Positions 1-9,069 of a DNA stretch of 64,000 bases are shown one piece after another. The stretch lies in NCBI GenBank assembly GCA_046728175.1, contig JBKPEA010000029.1:5502-69501 (forward strand), in the 5' to 3' direction. How positions within the stretch are numbered: position 1 is the stretch's first letter; each line of letters begins with the position of its first letter. The translations under genes were made by a program, and so were the position numbers. The notes beneath the pieces were generated by a model. It was not told where the DNA came from. It ran no database searches and saw nothing but the letters and a program-made list of their open reading frames with translations. The stretch is from Thermodesulfobacteriota bacterium (GTDB lineage: Bacteria; Desulfobacterota; Binatia; Binatales; Binataceae).

Positions 1-823
1 AATCTTCGATCTTGGCCATGAACCCAAAGTAGGAGTCGGGGTCGAGATTACTTGCGTAGGTCATCGAGCCCTGCCCGCCGCTGCCGCCCCCGACCGAGAC
101 GCCCACAGCGAGGGGTCCCATCGCATCGGACAGGCTGGTTGCCGTCGCGCGTCGAAGACGCCGGGACGCCGGGCTGTAATACCAGGCATTGTCATCGACT
201 GAGGGATCTGCGTTCCGCTCACGCACCAGTCCGAAGCCGCGAATTTCGGCCGGCTCCAGAAAAGGGAACGCACCGAATCGGTAACGGATGTGCGCCCCGG
301 TTGCTTCCGGGTCGGTGGGGATGGGTTGGACCTCCGTGCGTCCCATACTGTTGTAGAAAGCAAAATGGCCGATGGTGAAATGCTCGACCGGTACTGCTGC
401 GGGACTGTCCGAACGCCGGCTCACCACCTCGACGTTGCGCGCATCCACGTCGTCCGTGTATTGCGGACGGAAGCTGAAGTTCCACAGGACCTTGGTCGCT
501 ACCTGAGGATCGTTCGGATTGAGCAATGGAAAGGGCAGACCTGCCACATAGTTTGCCAACTCACCCTTGTCGTTGAGTACCACCTGGGTCGAGTATTTTT
601 CGGTTGCGCTCTTGTAGGGCGGCGACCACTCGAGGCGTTCGGTCGGCACGATTTTCATCTTCATGCCCTGCTTCACCAGCAGGAAGTTTCCGGGACTGAG
701 CAAATCCTGAACCGCTGATGCATTGTCGGGCGTGATGACGTCGCCGGGTTTGACGGTCGCGGCCAGAGCAGTCGTGAGCGAAATCACCAGCGCCGATACC
801 GCGAGTACAAAAGTCTTCATCAT
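1..823 (-). CDS. DUF1329 family protein (partial; start at 823, C-terminus lies beyond window start)
   Basis: A hand translation of the minus strand from ATG at 823 runs without a stop to position 1. It is absent from the ORF track because no stop falls inside the window. It has an N-terminal signal peptide (MKTFVLAVSALVISLTTALAA) and the WYYSPASRRLRR motif typical of DUF1329. A GGAG ribosome-binding site lies 6 nt upstream. Confidence 0.7.
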   Translation of the reverse strand, partial: MMKTFVLAVSALVISLTTALAATVKPGDVITPDNASAVQDLLSPGNFLLVKQGMKMKIVPTERLEWSPPYKSATEKYSTQVVLNDKGELANYVAGLPFPLLNPNDPQVATKVLWNFSFRPQYTDDVDARNVEVVSRRSDSPAAVPVEHFTIGHFAFYNSMGRTEVQPIPTDPEATGAHIRYRFGAFPFLEPAEIRGFGLVRERNADPSVDDNAWYYSPASRRLRRATATSLSDAMGPLAVGVSVGGGSGGQGSMTYASNLDPDSYFGFMAKIED

Positions 824-1105
824 ACGTTCTCCAGCGCGACGACGGCTCCCCCAGGAGCTATTGAAAACCGCAGGCGGAGGGCCGGACCAGCTGCTGCTTC
901 TGTCTATTGTCTAGTAACACTAGACTACGAGCAGTTCCGATCGCAAGCCAAGGGCCAAAACCCGCCCGAAGGGCGCCAGGATACGCACAACCAAGCGATT
1001 GGATCTGGTCAAGGCTGCTTGTTTGGTGCTCCAGACTGATGTTATATTGCGAATTCGGCTCCTTGCTCCATCGTGGGGCTTAATCCACAAGGAGGATTGG
1101 CGCAG

Positions 1106-1591
1106 TTGCGGCGCTACGAAACTATTTTTATCCTTCGGCCCGACCAGGGCGAATCACAGATCAAAGAGGCGATCCGGCGTTTCGAAGGCTTCGTCACCCA
1201 GGGCGGTGGCGAGATGATCGAAACCGACGAATGGGGTTCGCGCGAACTGGCCTACCGGATTAGAGGCGAACGGCGCGGCTACTACGTTCGCCTCGACTAT
1301 GTTTCCGAAGGTGCGGTGATGAACGAGGTCGAGAGAAATTTGAAGCTCTCGGACTCGGTACTGCGATTCCTGTCGGTGTTACTCGACACCGACGCTGAGC
1401 CGGCCAAGGTGCGCGAGGAAATCGAGGCGCGCAACCGCCGGATTGCCGAAGCGCGGGCGGCCGCGGAGGCGCGCGCCGCAGCGCTTGCAGCCCAGCACGA
1501 ACGAGCGCCTGACGCGCCTGATGCTCCCGAAGAGCTGATGGCCGAACACGAGGGCGAACTCGAGCCGGAGGGCGGCAACCGCCCGCAATGA
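1106..1591 (+). CDS. rpsF: 30S ribosomal protein S6 with Ala/Glu-rich C-terminal tail
   Basis: The sequence RRYETIFILRPD...GYYVRLDY is the S6 signature. GGAGG at 1091-1095 is followed by TTG at 1106, and an upstream in-frame ATG at 1073 is the alternative start. The gene is in the conserved rpsF-rpsR-rplI context. Confidence 0.9.
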   Translation: MRRYETIFILRPDQGESQIKEAIRRFEGFVTQGGGEMIETDEWGSRELAYRIRGERRGYYVRLDYVSEGAVMNEVERNLKLSDSVLRFLSVLLDTDAEPAKVREEIEARNRRIAEARAAAEARAAALAAQHERAPDAPDAPEELMAEHEGELEPEGGNRPQ

Positions 1592-1684
1592 TCTCTAGCT
1601 CGCGCGAAAATCGCCCCATCCGCAGAAGCAAACGACTTGAGTATGGGCACTTTGCGCCCGAGTTTCTGAATTCAGGGAAACATC

Positions 1685-2029
1685 ATGGCTGAAGATGAAA
1701 GGACCGAACAGTTCGGCGAGCGTCCGCGGGGTGACGACGCGCCGCGCGGAAGAGGACCGCGCGGCGAGGGTGAGCGTGGCGGCGAGGGACGGCCGGGAAT
1801 GCGCCGTCGCTCGGGCGGACGACGGAAAGTGTGTCGGTTTTGCGCCGACAAAACCCTCAAGGTCGATTACAAAGACGTGCGGACCCTGTCCAGCTTTATC
1901 ACCGAAGGTGGAAAGATCGTGCCGAGCCGAACCTCGGGCAATTGCGCCAAACATCAGCGCCAGCTGGCGGTGGCGATCAAGCGCGCCCGGGTAATCGCGC
2001 TGCTTCCATTTTCGACCCTGGGGGTTTGA
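1685..2029 (+). CDS. rpsR: 30S ribosomal protein S18 with an N-terminal extension of about 45 aa rich in Arg and Gly
   Basis: The C-terminal 70 aa (CRFCADK...[48 protein letters not shown]) is canonical S18. The N-terminus ([38 protein letters not shown]) is low-complexity. Confidence 0.9.
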   Translation: MAEDERTEQFGERPRGDDAPRGRGPRGEGERGGEGRPGMRRRSGGRRKVCRFCADKTLKVDYKDVRTLSSFITEGGKIVPSRTSGNCAKHQRQLAVAIKRARVIALLPFSTLGV

Positions 2030-2041
2030 GCGCACCGCGAG

Positions 2042-3067
2042 ATGGGCCGTAAAGTTGTCATCGGGAGTGTTCGCGCCGCTGCTCTGTCGGGTGCGTTCTT
2101 CCTCGCGGCAGGCGCAATCCCGCTTTTTGGTGAGATCGCGATGCTGCTGGCCCCGGCACCGATCCTGATTTTCGCGGTGGGCCGCGCCGGTGCAAATCTG
2201 CGGGCCCTGGGCACCGTGCTCCTGGGCACGCTTCTGGTGTCGGGGCTGAGCGCCACGTTTGCCGGAGGCGGCCTTGGATTGATGGTGGGTGGCAGGTACC
2301 TGGCTACCTTCGGCATCGCGACGATTGTGATGACCTGGATGATCGGGCTCCGCCGCCCGTTCGAATTGGTCTTGGTGGCGGCTGCCGGTGCGACGTGTAC
2401 CGCGGCCGCGGTGGTCGCGGTAATCGCGGCCGGTGGTCCGCTTGCACTCGTAAAGGCGGTGCAGAACCTGTTGTCGGAAATGATGGTGCAGGGCCAGGAA
2501 GGGTATCGGGCGCTCGGAATCCCCAGTCCGATGCCTCCGCAAGCACAAGCGGCGGCGCTGGATTCGATGATTCGGATTCTTCCGGCGCTCATCGCGATTT
2601 CGGCAGCGGTCTCGGTGATGTTCAATCTGCGGGTGTTCTGGCGATGGGCCGGCAAACAGCGGTTGTCTTACCCGCTGTTCGGTGACCTGCTGCGCTGGTC
2701 CGCACCCGAATGGCTGATCTGGGGATTGATCGCAAGTGGATTCGGGATGTTGGCTCCCATCGCCGCGGTCCGCGATGTCGCCGTGAACGCATTCCTGTGC
2801 TTTGCGGTCGTTTACCTCTGCCAGGGACTCGCGATCATGGCTTTTTACTTTCAGGCGCTAGCGGTTCCCGGGGTGGTGCGCGCGATCATCTACTTCGTGG
2901 TGCTCGGGTACCCTTTCGTTGCGGCGGTCGGATACCCGTTTGCCGCGGCCGGATATTTTGTGGTTCCGGTGGTGGTGTGCCTCGCCGGCGTGTTCGATAT
3001 GTGGATCGATTTTCGACGGCTCAAGCCGCCCAGCCAGGAGGCTGGTAACTACGGCGACTTTCTTTAA
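2042..3067 (+). CDS. DUF2232 (YybS-like) polytopic membrane protein
   Basis: The protein is 341 aa and highly hydrophobic with multiple TM segments. It sits between rpsR and rplI, the position YybS/DUF2232 occupies in many bacteria. Confidence 0.6.
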   Translation: MGRKVVIGSVRAAALSGAFFLAAGAIPLFGEIAMLLAPAPILIFAVGRAGANLRALGTVLLGTLLVSGLSATFAGGGLGLMVGGRYLATFGIATIVMTWMIGLRRPFELVLVAAAGATCTAAAVVAVIAAGGPLALVKAVQNLLSEMMVQGQEGYRALGIPSPMPPQAQAAALDSMIRILPALIAISAAVSVMFNLRVFWRWAGKQRLSYPLFGDLLRWSAPEWLIWGLIASGFGMLAPIAAVRDVAVNAFLCFAVVYLCQGLAIMAFYFQALAVPGVVRAIIYFVVLGYPFVAAVGYPFAAAGYFVVPVVVCLAGVFDMWIDFRRLKPPSQEAGNYGDFL

Positions 3068-3078
3068 GGGTCAGGCTC

Positions 3079-3528
3079 ATGAACGTGCAAGTGATTCTCA
3101 GCGAAGACGTGCGCAACCTGGGTCGAACCGGGGACGTGGTCAAGGTTCGCGCCGGCTTTGCGCGCAACTATCTGCTGCCACGCCACCTGGCGGTGGAAGC
3201 CAACCAGAAGAACATCCGCGAGTTCGAGCACAATAAGCGCGTCTCGATGCTCAAGCGGGAACGCCAGAAAAGCCATGCGCTCACGCTCAAGGAAAAGGTC
3301 GAAGCACTCGCGCTGGTAATCAAGGCCCGCGCGGGTGAAGAAGGGAAATTGTTCGGCTCAGTCACCAACATCGATATCGAACGCGCGTTGCGCGAAAAAG
3401 GATTCGACATCGAACGCCGAAAGATCCATCTGCCGGAGCCGCTCAAGCGACTTGGAGACTTCCAGGTTGCGATCCGGCTCGAGGCAGAGGTCGAAGCAAG
3501 CTTGAAGGTCGAGGTCGCGGCCGAATAA
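3079..3528 (+). CDS. rplI: 50S ribosomal protein L9
   Basis: The sequence MNVQVILSEDVRNLGRTGDVVKVRAGFARNYLLP is the L9 N-domain signature. The protein is 149 aa. Confidence 0.95.
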   Translation: MNVQVILSEDVRNLGRTGDVVKVRAGFARNYLLPRHLAVEANQKNIREFEHNKRVSMLKRERQKSHALTLKEKVEALALVIKARAGEEGKLFGSVTNIDIERALREKGFDIERRKIHLPEPLKRLGDFQVAIRLEAEVEASLKVEVAAE

Positions 3529-3541
3529 GGATTTGCCGGAT

Positions 3542-4180
3542 ATGATCAAACTCTACGACTTCCTGTCCTGCCCCTATGGCCAGAAGGTGCGCATCGTACT
3601 GGCTGAGAAGAGTCTCAACTATGACCTGGTGTCGGTCGATCTGACGCAAAACGAGCACCGCCGCCCCGACTTCCTGAGACTCAACCCATTCGGTCGCGTT
3701 CCGGTGCTGGTCGACGATGACACGGCAGTCTACGACTCGACGATGATCAACGAGTACCTCGAGGATGAATACCCGGAACCACCGGTGTTGCCGGCGGTGG
3801 GATCCAGTGCGCTGCGCTCGCGCGCGCGCATGTTCGAAGACTTTGCCGACACATCTTTTACGCCCCAGGTCGGGCAGTTAATCGTCGAAGTGTCCAAGCA
3901 GGAAGCCGAGCGCGATCAGAATCGCCTGCAGCGGCTCCATCAGGGGGTTGAACGGGTGCTCGATTACCTGAACAACGAGCTCAAGGGACAGCAGTTTCTG
4001 GCTGGTGAATTTTCGGTGGCCGACGTCGCCTTCGCGCCCCGCTTGCTGATTCTCGGCGACATCGGTATCGATGCCTCCGCCAATCGCGCCAATGTCGACG
4101 GGTGGATCAAGCGGATGCTGGAACGGCCGAGTGTCCAGAGCCTGCAGGGTGTCGCCGCCGATCCCAGCGCCCCCGGGTGA
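3542..4180 (+). CDS. glutathione S-transferase family protein
   Basis: It has a GST N-terminal thioredoxin-like fold motif (MIKLYDFLSCPYGQKVRIVLAEKSL...FGRVPVLVDDD) and a GST C-domain. The alternative ATG is at 3533. Confidence 0.8.
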   Translation: MIKLYDFLSCPYGQKVRIVLAEKSLNYDLVSVDLTQNEHRRPDFLRLNPFGRVPVLVDDDTAVYDSTMINEYLEDEYPEPPVLPAVGSSALRSRARMFEDFADTSFTPQVGQLIVEVSKQEAERDQNRLQRLHQGVERVLDYLNNELKGQQFLAGEFSVADVAFAPRLLILGDIGIDASANRANVDGWIKRMLERPSVQSLQGVAADPSAPG

Positions 4181-4335
4181 TGATCGCCCATCGGTGGAAT
4201 TCGGTCAGCACCGCGGGTCGCCCGAGCAGCGACAAAAAACGACGAGCCGCTCGATGGAACGAGTGGCTCGTCGTGCGTGATGGAGAAGCGGATCTGATGA
4301 CGTGGTGTGGAGTTTACTCGATTCTGGATCGATCC

Positions 4336-4632
4336 TTAAGAGCGCGAATCGCCAAAAAGGTCCTCGTCCTCCCGGGTACTGGGACCGACACCGGTCAAGC
4401 GAAACAGGAGCTTCGCGGCGAAGAGCTTCTCGCCAATTCGGCCTTGAGGCTTGAGAAACCCGCCGTGCCGGCGGCATCTGGGACAGGCCATGGATCCACT
4501 CAAAAGTCGAGCATTTTCGGCGGTTATTCGCAGATCGAAAGTCACTCCGCATCCCGGGTTCTGACAGGTGGTCCGGTAAACTATTCCGTGTCCGGTTGCC
4601 GCGCGAGATTCATGTTTTATAGCAGTTTGCAT
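4336..4632 (-). CDS. small zinc-ribbon protein (MJ0042-type CxxC...CxxC)
   Basis: The protein is 98 aa with the motif TTCQNPGCGVTFDL...MACPRCRRHGGF. A strong GGAGGAGG ribosome-binding site lies 5 nt upstream of the ATG. Confidence 0.6.
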   Translation of the reverse strand: MQTAIKHESRAATGHGIVYRTTCQNPGCGVTFDLRITAENARLLSGSMACPRCRRHGGFLKPQGRIGEKLFAAKLLFRLTGVGPSTREDEDLFGDSRS

Positions 4633-5008
4633 GTTTCCTCCTCCCTTCGTCAGCGGAGGTTTTAGTTCTTGTTGTTCTAGCCAGCTTAGACGTTAAGCTC
4701 AGGAAAATGTTTCACGCAATCGCCGTGCCTCCCGCATGCCAACCGGGCGGGGGCAGCAAAAAAGCCCTAAAATCAAGCAATCCTTGCTTTCAACGAGTAA
4801 GATGTAACCAAAATTTCAACCAGAAGACCCTGTAGTTTGCGTCTTTTGAAGCACCCCGACACGAGAAGATGCCGTACCGAAGAGGCTAAGCAAGCTTAAT
4901 TTCCCCACTGGTGGTCTCTAGGTTTGTGCTTTTGCTAGAAAGAGCCGGTCGTCTGCCCGCGAGGCCTGGCGTCATCAAGTCGCGGACAGCTAGCGCCCAG
5001 TGATGTAG

Positions 5009-6247
5009 ATGAGAACGCTCGCATTGGTCATGGCAGGGGGGCAGGGCACGCGGTTACACCCTTTGACCCGGGACCGCGCCAAGCCCGCCGTCCCGTTCGG
5101 CGGGAAGTATCGAATCATCGATTTTGTACTCTCAAACCTCGTCAACTCCGGGATCTATGCGATCTACATCCTTGTCCAATGGCGTTCCCAGTCGCTGATC
5201 GAGCATCTCAAGGACGGATGGCAGTTTGGCGGCATGTTGCCCGACCACTTCGTCATTCCCGTGCCTGCTCAGATGCGTCTGGGGGAGACCTGGTATCAGG
5301 GAACTGCCGACGCAATCTTTCAGAACCTCAACCTGATAAGTGACTTTCAGCCAGACCTCGTGGCGGTCTTCGGCGCGGATCACATCTACCGGATGGATAT
5401 CCAGCAGATGATCAACTTCCACGTCGACCGCAAGGCGGCGGTTTCGGTCGCGACTCTGCCGGTGCCGCTCGAAGAGGCAAGCCAGTTCGGCATACTCGAA
5501 GTCGATTCGGGACTGCGCGTGCTCGGGTTTCAGGAGAAGCCACAGCGCGCGCGGTCACCCCTTCCGGGGGCGCCCGGAAAATGCCTCGCGTCCATGGGCA
5601 ACTATCTGTTCGACCCTGAGGTTTTGCGTCAGGCGCTTATCGACGACTCGACGAGCGGCGGCAGTCGGCACGACTTTGGGCACGACTTGATTCCATCACT
5701 GATCGACCGCGTGCCGATCTATGCCTACAATTTCATGACCAACCGGATTCGCCGCGATTCCGAGGTCAATCTGAGTTACTGGCGCGATGTCGGAACGCTG
5801 GACGCCTATTTTGAGGCGAACATGGACCTGCGCGACGCGCGACCCCAGCTGAACCTGTACAATCCAAACTGGCCGCTGCGGACCGCTTACTATGATCAGC
5901 CGCCCGCCAAATTCGTCTTCGATGAAAACGGCCGCCGCGGACAGGCCTTGCACTCGGTGATCTCGGAGGGCTGCATCGTGTCGGGCGGCACGGTCCGCAA
6001 CTCGGTGCTGGGCCGCTCGGTGTTCATACATTCGTACAGCCACATTGAAGATTCGGTGGTGATGGACTATGCGGAAATAGGACGCCATGCCCGAATCCGG
6101 CGCGCAATCATCGACAAGAATGTGTACGTGCCCGATGGCGAGGAGATTGGCTACGATCTTGAACGCGACCGGCAGCGCTTTTTTGTCACCGACTCGGGTC
6201 TGGTGGTGATTCCGAAAGGCCCCAAGCGCGAGCGCACTATGCTGTAG
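5009..6247 (+). CDS. glgC: glucose-1-phosphate adenylyltransferase
   Basis: LALVMAGGQGTRLHPLTRDRAKPAVPFGGKYRIIDFVLSNLVNSG is the canonical GlgC N-terminus. The full-length protein is 412 aa. Confidence 0.95.
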   Translation: MRTLALVMAGGQGTRLHPLTRDRAKPAVPFGGKYRIIDFVLSNLVNSGIYAIYILVQWRSQSLIEHLKDGWQFGGMLPDHFVIPVPAQMRLGETWYQGTADAIFQNLNLISDFQPDLVAVFGADHIYRMDIQQMINFHVDRKAAVSVATLPVPLEEASQFGILEVDSGLRVLGFQEKPQRARSPLPGAPGKCLASMGNYLFDPEVLRQALIDDSTSGGSRHDFGHDLIPSLIDRVPIYAYNFMTNRIRRDSEVNLSYWRDVGTLDAYFEANMDLRDARPQLNLYNPNWPLRTAYYDQPPAKFVFDENGRRGQALHSVISEGCIVSGGTVRNSVLGRSVFIHSYSHIEDSVVMDYAEIGRHARIRRAIIDKNVYVPDGEEIGYDLERDRQRFFVTDSGLVVIPKGPKRERTML

Positions 6248-6257
6248 GCGAAACCAA

Positions 6258-7382
6258 TTGTCCGACGCCAGCCATTATCGAGACTCATATGCGCCGGGAG
6301 GTAAGGTTTCGCCCGACGAGGCGGTCAGTGATACGGGTACACCGGAGTTCCCGCGCAAGCGCACGGAGCGCCGCTCGCAGCCCCTCGAACTGGATGCCAA
6401 GAGCAGGCTGCTCTTCTGGATTTTTCGCGCGATCATCCACGCCCTGAGCCTGATCCCGGACTTTATTTTGTACCCGCTCGGCGTGGTCTTCGGGAACCTT
6501 GCCTATCGACTGGATCGCCGCCACGTGCGTATCGGCCTCAAGAACCTGGAGATCGCTTTCCCCCAAAAGAGCGAGCGTGAGCGGCGGCGCATTCTGCGCG
6601 AGTCCTACGCCAACCTCGGCCGCTCGGGTGCCGAGTACGTGCGGCTCGGGGGCTTCTTCTATCGGCGGCTCAAACGCCGGGTCGCCTACCAGGGGCTCGC
6701 GTACTTCGCCCGCGCGCTCCGAAGCACGCCGGGAACCGGCGCGCTGGTACTGACCGCGCATTTTGGAAACTTCGAACTGTTGCTCGCCGCGCACGCGCTG
6801 CACGGCTACCAGATAAGCCTGGTCCATCATACGCAGCGCTTTCTTGCCGGCGATGCGCTGATGACGTTCGTGCGCGAACGCGCGGGGGTGGACATCATCC
6901 GCAAACACTCGGCGGCGCGCGCGGTACTGCGCGCCCTGAAGGACGGTGATCTGGTAGGAATTCCGTACGACCAAAACGCCAAACGCAGCGAGGCGGTGTT
7001 TGTTCCCTTTTTCGGAGAGCCGGCTGCGACCGCAGGGGCGGTTACGCGCTTGGCGATGATTTCGGGGGCGTCAGTGGTTCCGGTTTTCCTGGTACGCCAA
7101 CCTGATCGACGTCACCATCGCATCGTAATTCGTGAGGCCATTTCACTTCAGCGCACTGGTGACACTGACGCCGACGTGCTGGAGAACTCGCGACGGTTCG
7201 TGAAAGCGGTCGAGGATGCCGTGCGAGCCCATCCCGAACAGTTTCTGTGGACCCACCGCCGCTATCGAACTCGGCCCCGCGACCTCCCACCGATCTATCA
7301 TTGGGAAGTTAGAAAACGTTACTCAGGCCGCGCGCTCGCGTCGGGTGCCGGCCAGCGCTCGCAGCAAGAGCAGCACGGCTAG
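6258..7382 (+). CDS. LpxL/HtrB-family lipid A / lysophospholipid acyltransferase
   Basis: It has an acyltransferase HX4D-type region (LTAHFGNFELL) and the IPYDQN motif. The 3' end overlaps the convergent CPBP gene by about 60 bp, so the true stop or start may differ. Confidence 0.7.
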   Translation: MSDASHYRDSYAPGGKVSPDEAVSDTGTPEFPRKRTERRSQPLELDAKSRLLFWIFRAIIHALSLIPDFILYPLGVVFGNLAYRLDRRHVRIGLKNLEIAFPQKSERERRRILRESYANLGRSGAEYVRLGGFFYRRLKRRVAYQGLAYFARALRSTPGTGALVLTAHFGNFELLLAAHALHGYQISLVHHTQRFLAGDALMTFVRERAGVDIIRKHSAARAVLRALKDGDLVGIPYDQNAKRSEAVFVPFFGEPAATAGAVTRLAMISGASVVPVFLVRQPDRRHHRIVIREAISLQRTGDTDADVLENSRRFVKAVEDAVRAHPEQFLWTHRRYRTRPRDLPPIYHWEVRKRYSGRALASGAGQRSQQEQHG

Positions 7383-8198
7383 CGCCGCGACCCACGCCGC
7401 CGCACCGCTGATCAGTGGCTGCCTACCCCAGCCGGCGAGCCAACCCGGCAGCCCGCGGCGGGTGACCATCACCTTGGGCCACAGCTTTGCGCCAATCACG
7501 AACCCGGTGTGAAGTCCGACCGAAAACCAGACGGTACCGGTCAGAATAAAAGCCTCGGCCAGCACGACTCCGAGCAGGAACAAGCCAACCAGGGTCGGCA
7601 GCGCCGAGAGCGGAGCACTCAGTTGGGAGAAACTGAGACCCAGAGTTCGCACGCCCGCGGTCAAATCCAGCGTGCTCACGAAAAAGCGTGCGGGGGCGCG
7701 CACCAGGTGTGCAAGCGCGTAGATCGCTGAACTTACAATCAGCGCGCCGGTCGATCCGAAGTCACCTTCCATTCCCCCAAACAGAAATGCGCGGAAGAAC
7801 CCTTCCTCGATGACCGCAATCACCACCGCCGAAAAAACATACCTGGGAAGCAACCTGGCCGCGTGGCCCGCGGGCGGGAAACCTCCCATCACGCTCGCGA
7901 GCACGAACAGCACGACCATGACTCCCACGGCCACCACGAGACCTCGCGCTGTGGAGGCAAAATTGGCGACCGGCCCCGCAAACCCGGTGCGCAGCAGCGC
8001 ACCCAGGTTGAGGTGTTGTGCCCAGAGGATCAGCACGAGGCCGAGCGCGATCATCACGACCCGATCGAAAATGCGCGGAAATGGAAAATGGAAGCCGAGC
8101 CGGGCAACTGCGATGGCGACGAACGGAGAGAGCACGACGGCGGCGAGCAATCCGGCCAGAAACGCGACGACCACTTTGGCGGTAAACGACTTCGGCAT
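7323..8198 (-). CDS. CPBP family intramembrane glutamic endopeptidase (CAAX protease/Abi-like)
   Basis: It has multiple TM helices and the EEGFFR plus HxxxN/H motifs (AIYALAHL) characteristic of CPBP. Confidence 0.75.
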   Translation of the reverse strand: MPKSFTAKVVVAFLAGLLAAVVLSPFVAIAVARLGFHFPFPRIFDRVVMIALGLVLILWAQHLNLGALLRTGFAGPVANFASTARGLVVAVGVMVVLFVLASVMGGFPPAGHAARLLPRYVFSAVVIAVIEEGFFRAFLFGGMEGDFGSTGALIVSSAIYALAHLVRAPARFFVSTLDLTAGVRTLGLSFSQLSAPLSALPTLVGLFLLGVVLAEAFILTGTVWFSVGLHTGFVIGAKLWPKVMVTRRGLPGWLAGWGRQPLISGAAAWVAALAVLLLLRALAGTRRERAA

Positions 8199-8211
8199 GA
8201 TCAGAAATGCT

Positions 8212-8943
8212 TCATCGTTTCATCGGGTCGGCCTGCGGCTCCAGGGATATCTCCACCGGGCACGCGTGCGCCGGCGCGTTGACGATCAGCATTACCGCCG
8301 CCGCAACGTCCTCGGCGCGCAGCATCGCACTGCGATTCAACCGTTTGTTGTCTGGAATCAATCCGGTGTCGACCAGCCCGGGTACGATCGCCGCTACTTT
8401 GATTCCGTGGTGACGGAGATCGGCGAAGGCGGCTCTGGTGAAGGCCAACAGACCTGCCTTGGCCGCCGCGTACACCGCTTCCCCCGGCGCCGTTAGGCGG
8501 CCGGCGTTGGAAGCGATGTTCACGATGGTGCCGGTTCCACGCTCGGCCATTTGGATGGCCGCCAGTCGCGCGAGCGCGATCGGCGCGCGCAGGTTGAGGG
8601 CCAGGATTTGATCGAGGTCGTCTTCGCGCAGCTTCGGCAGGGGCGTGCGGGCGGGGGCCCATCCGGCGTTGTTGACCAGCACGTCGATCCGTCCATGGAG
8701 ATCAAGGGCCGCTTCCAACAGGGCCGCCGGCGCCTCCGCCTGTGCGAGGTCGAGCAGTACGATCAGGGACCGCTCGGGCGGCAGTCCGGTCGCAGTGCGG
8801 GTTTGTTCGAGTTGCTCGCGGGTGCGCGCGGCCAGGCAGACTGAAAAACCGGCCTCCGCCAGGGCAATAGCGCACGCTCGTCCGATTCCGCGGCCGGCTC
8901 CGGTAACGATCGCGACTCGGTGGGAATTATCGCTGGTCATCAA
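8212..8943 (-). CDS. SDR family oxidoreductase
   Basis: TGAGRGIGRA is the Rossmann motif, NNAG is present, and Y-x3-K (YAAAKAG) is the catalytic motif. Confidence 0.9.
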   Translation of the reverse strand: MMTSDNSHRVAIVTGAGRGIGRACAIALAEAGFSVCLAARTREQLEQTRTATGLPPERSLIVLLDLAQAEAPAALLEAALDLHGRIDVLVNNAGWAPARTPLPKLREDDLDQILALNLRAPIALARLAAIQMAERGTGTIVNIASNAGRLTAPGEAVYAAAKAGLLAFTRAAFADLRHHGIKVAAIVPGLVDTGLIPDNKRLNRSAMLRAEDVAAAVMLIVNAPAHACPVEISLEPQADPMKR

Positions 8944-9069
8944 CCTTGCCGCGGAGTCCTTGCGCTTGCGAACCGCCCGCTACTCGCACAGACTGCTTAG
9001 CACAAGTTTCCTGCCCTGTCGGGAGCGCAAGGTGAACACCCGGGTCGTGCAATTGGCACTTGGGGGCTG

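Noticed and set aside
1400-1520. Repetitive GCG/GCC-rich tract, a possible tandem repeat or array
   Set aside because: It lies inside rpsF and encodes an in-frame Ala/Arg/Glu repeat (AEARAAAEARAAALAA). It is coding low complexity, not a CRISPR or VNTR.
1595-2655. Two overlapping minus-strand ORFs (317 and 233 aa) over rpsR and the DUF2232 gene
   Set aside because: They are antisense to ribosomal protein S18 and a membrane protein in conserved synteny, and they have Arg-rich junk composition.
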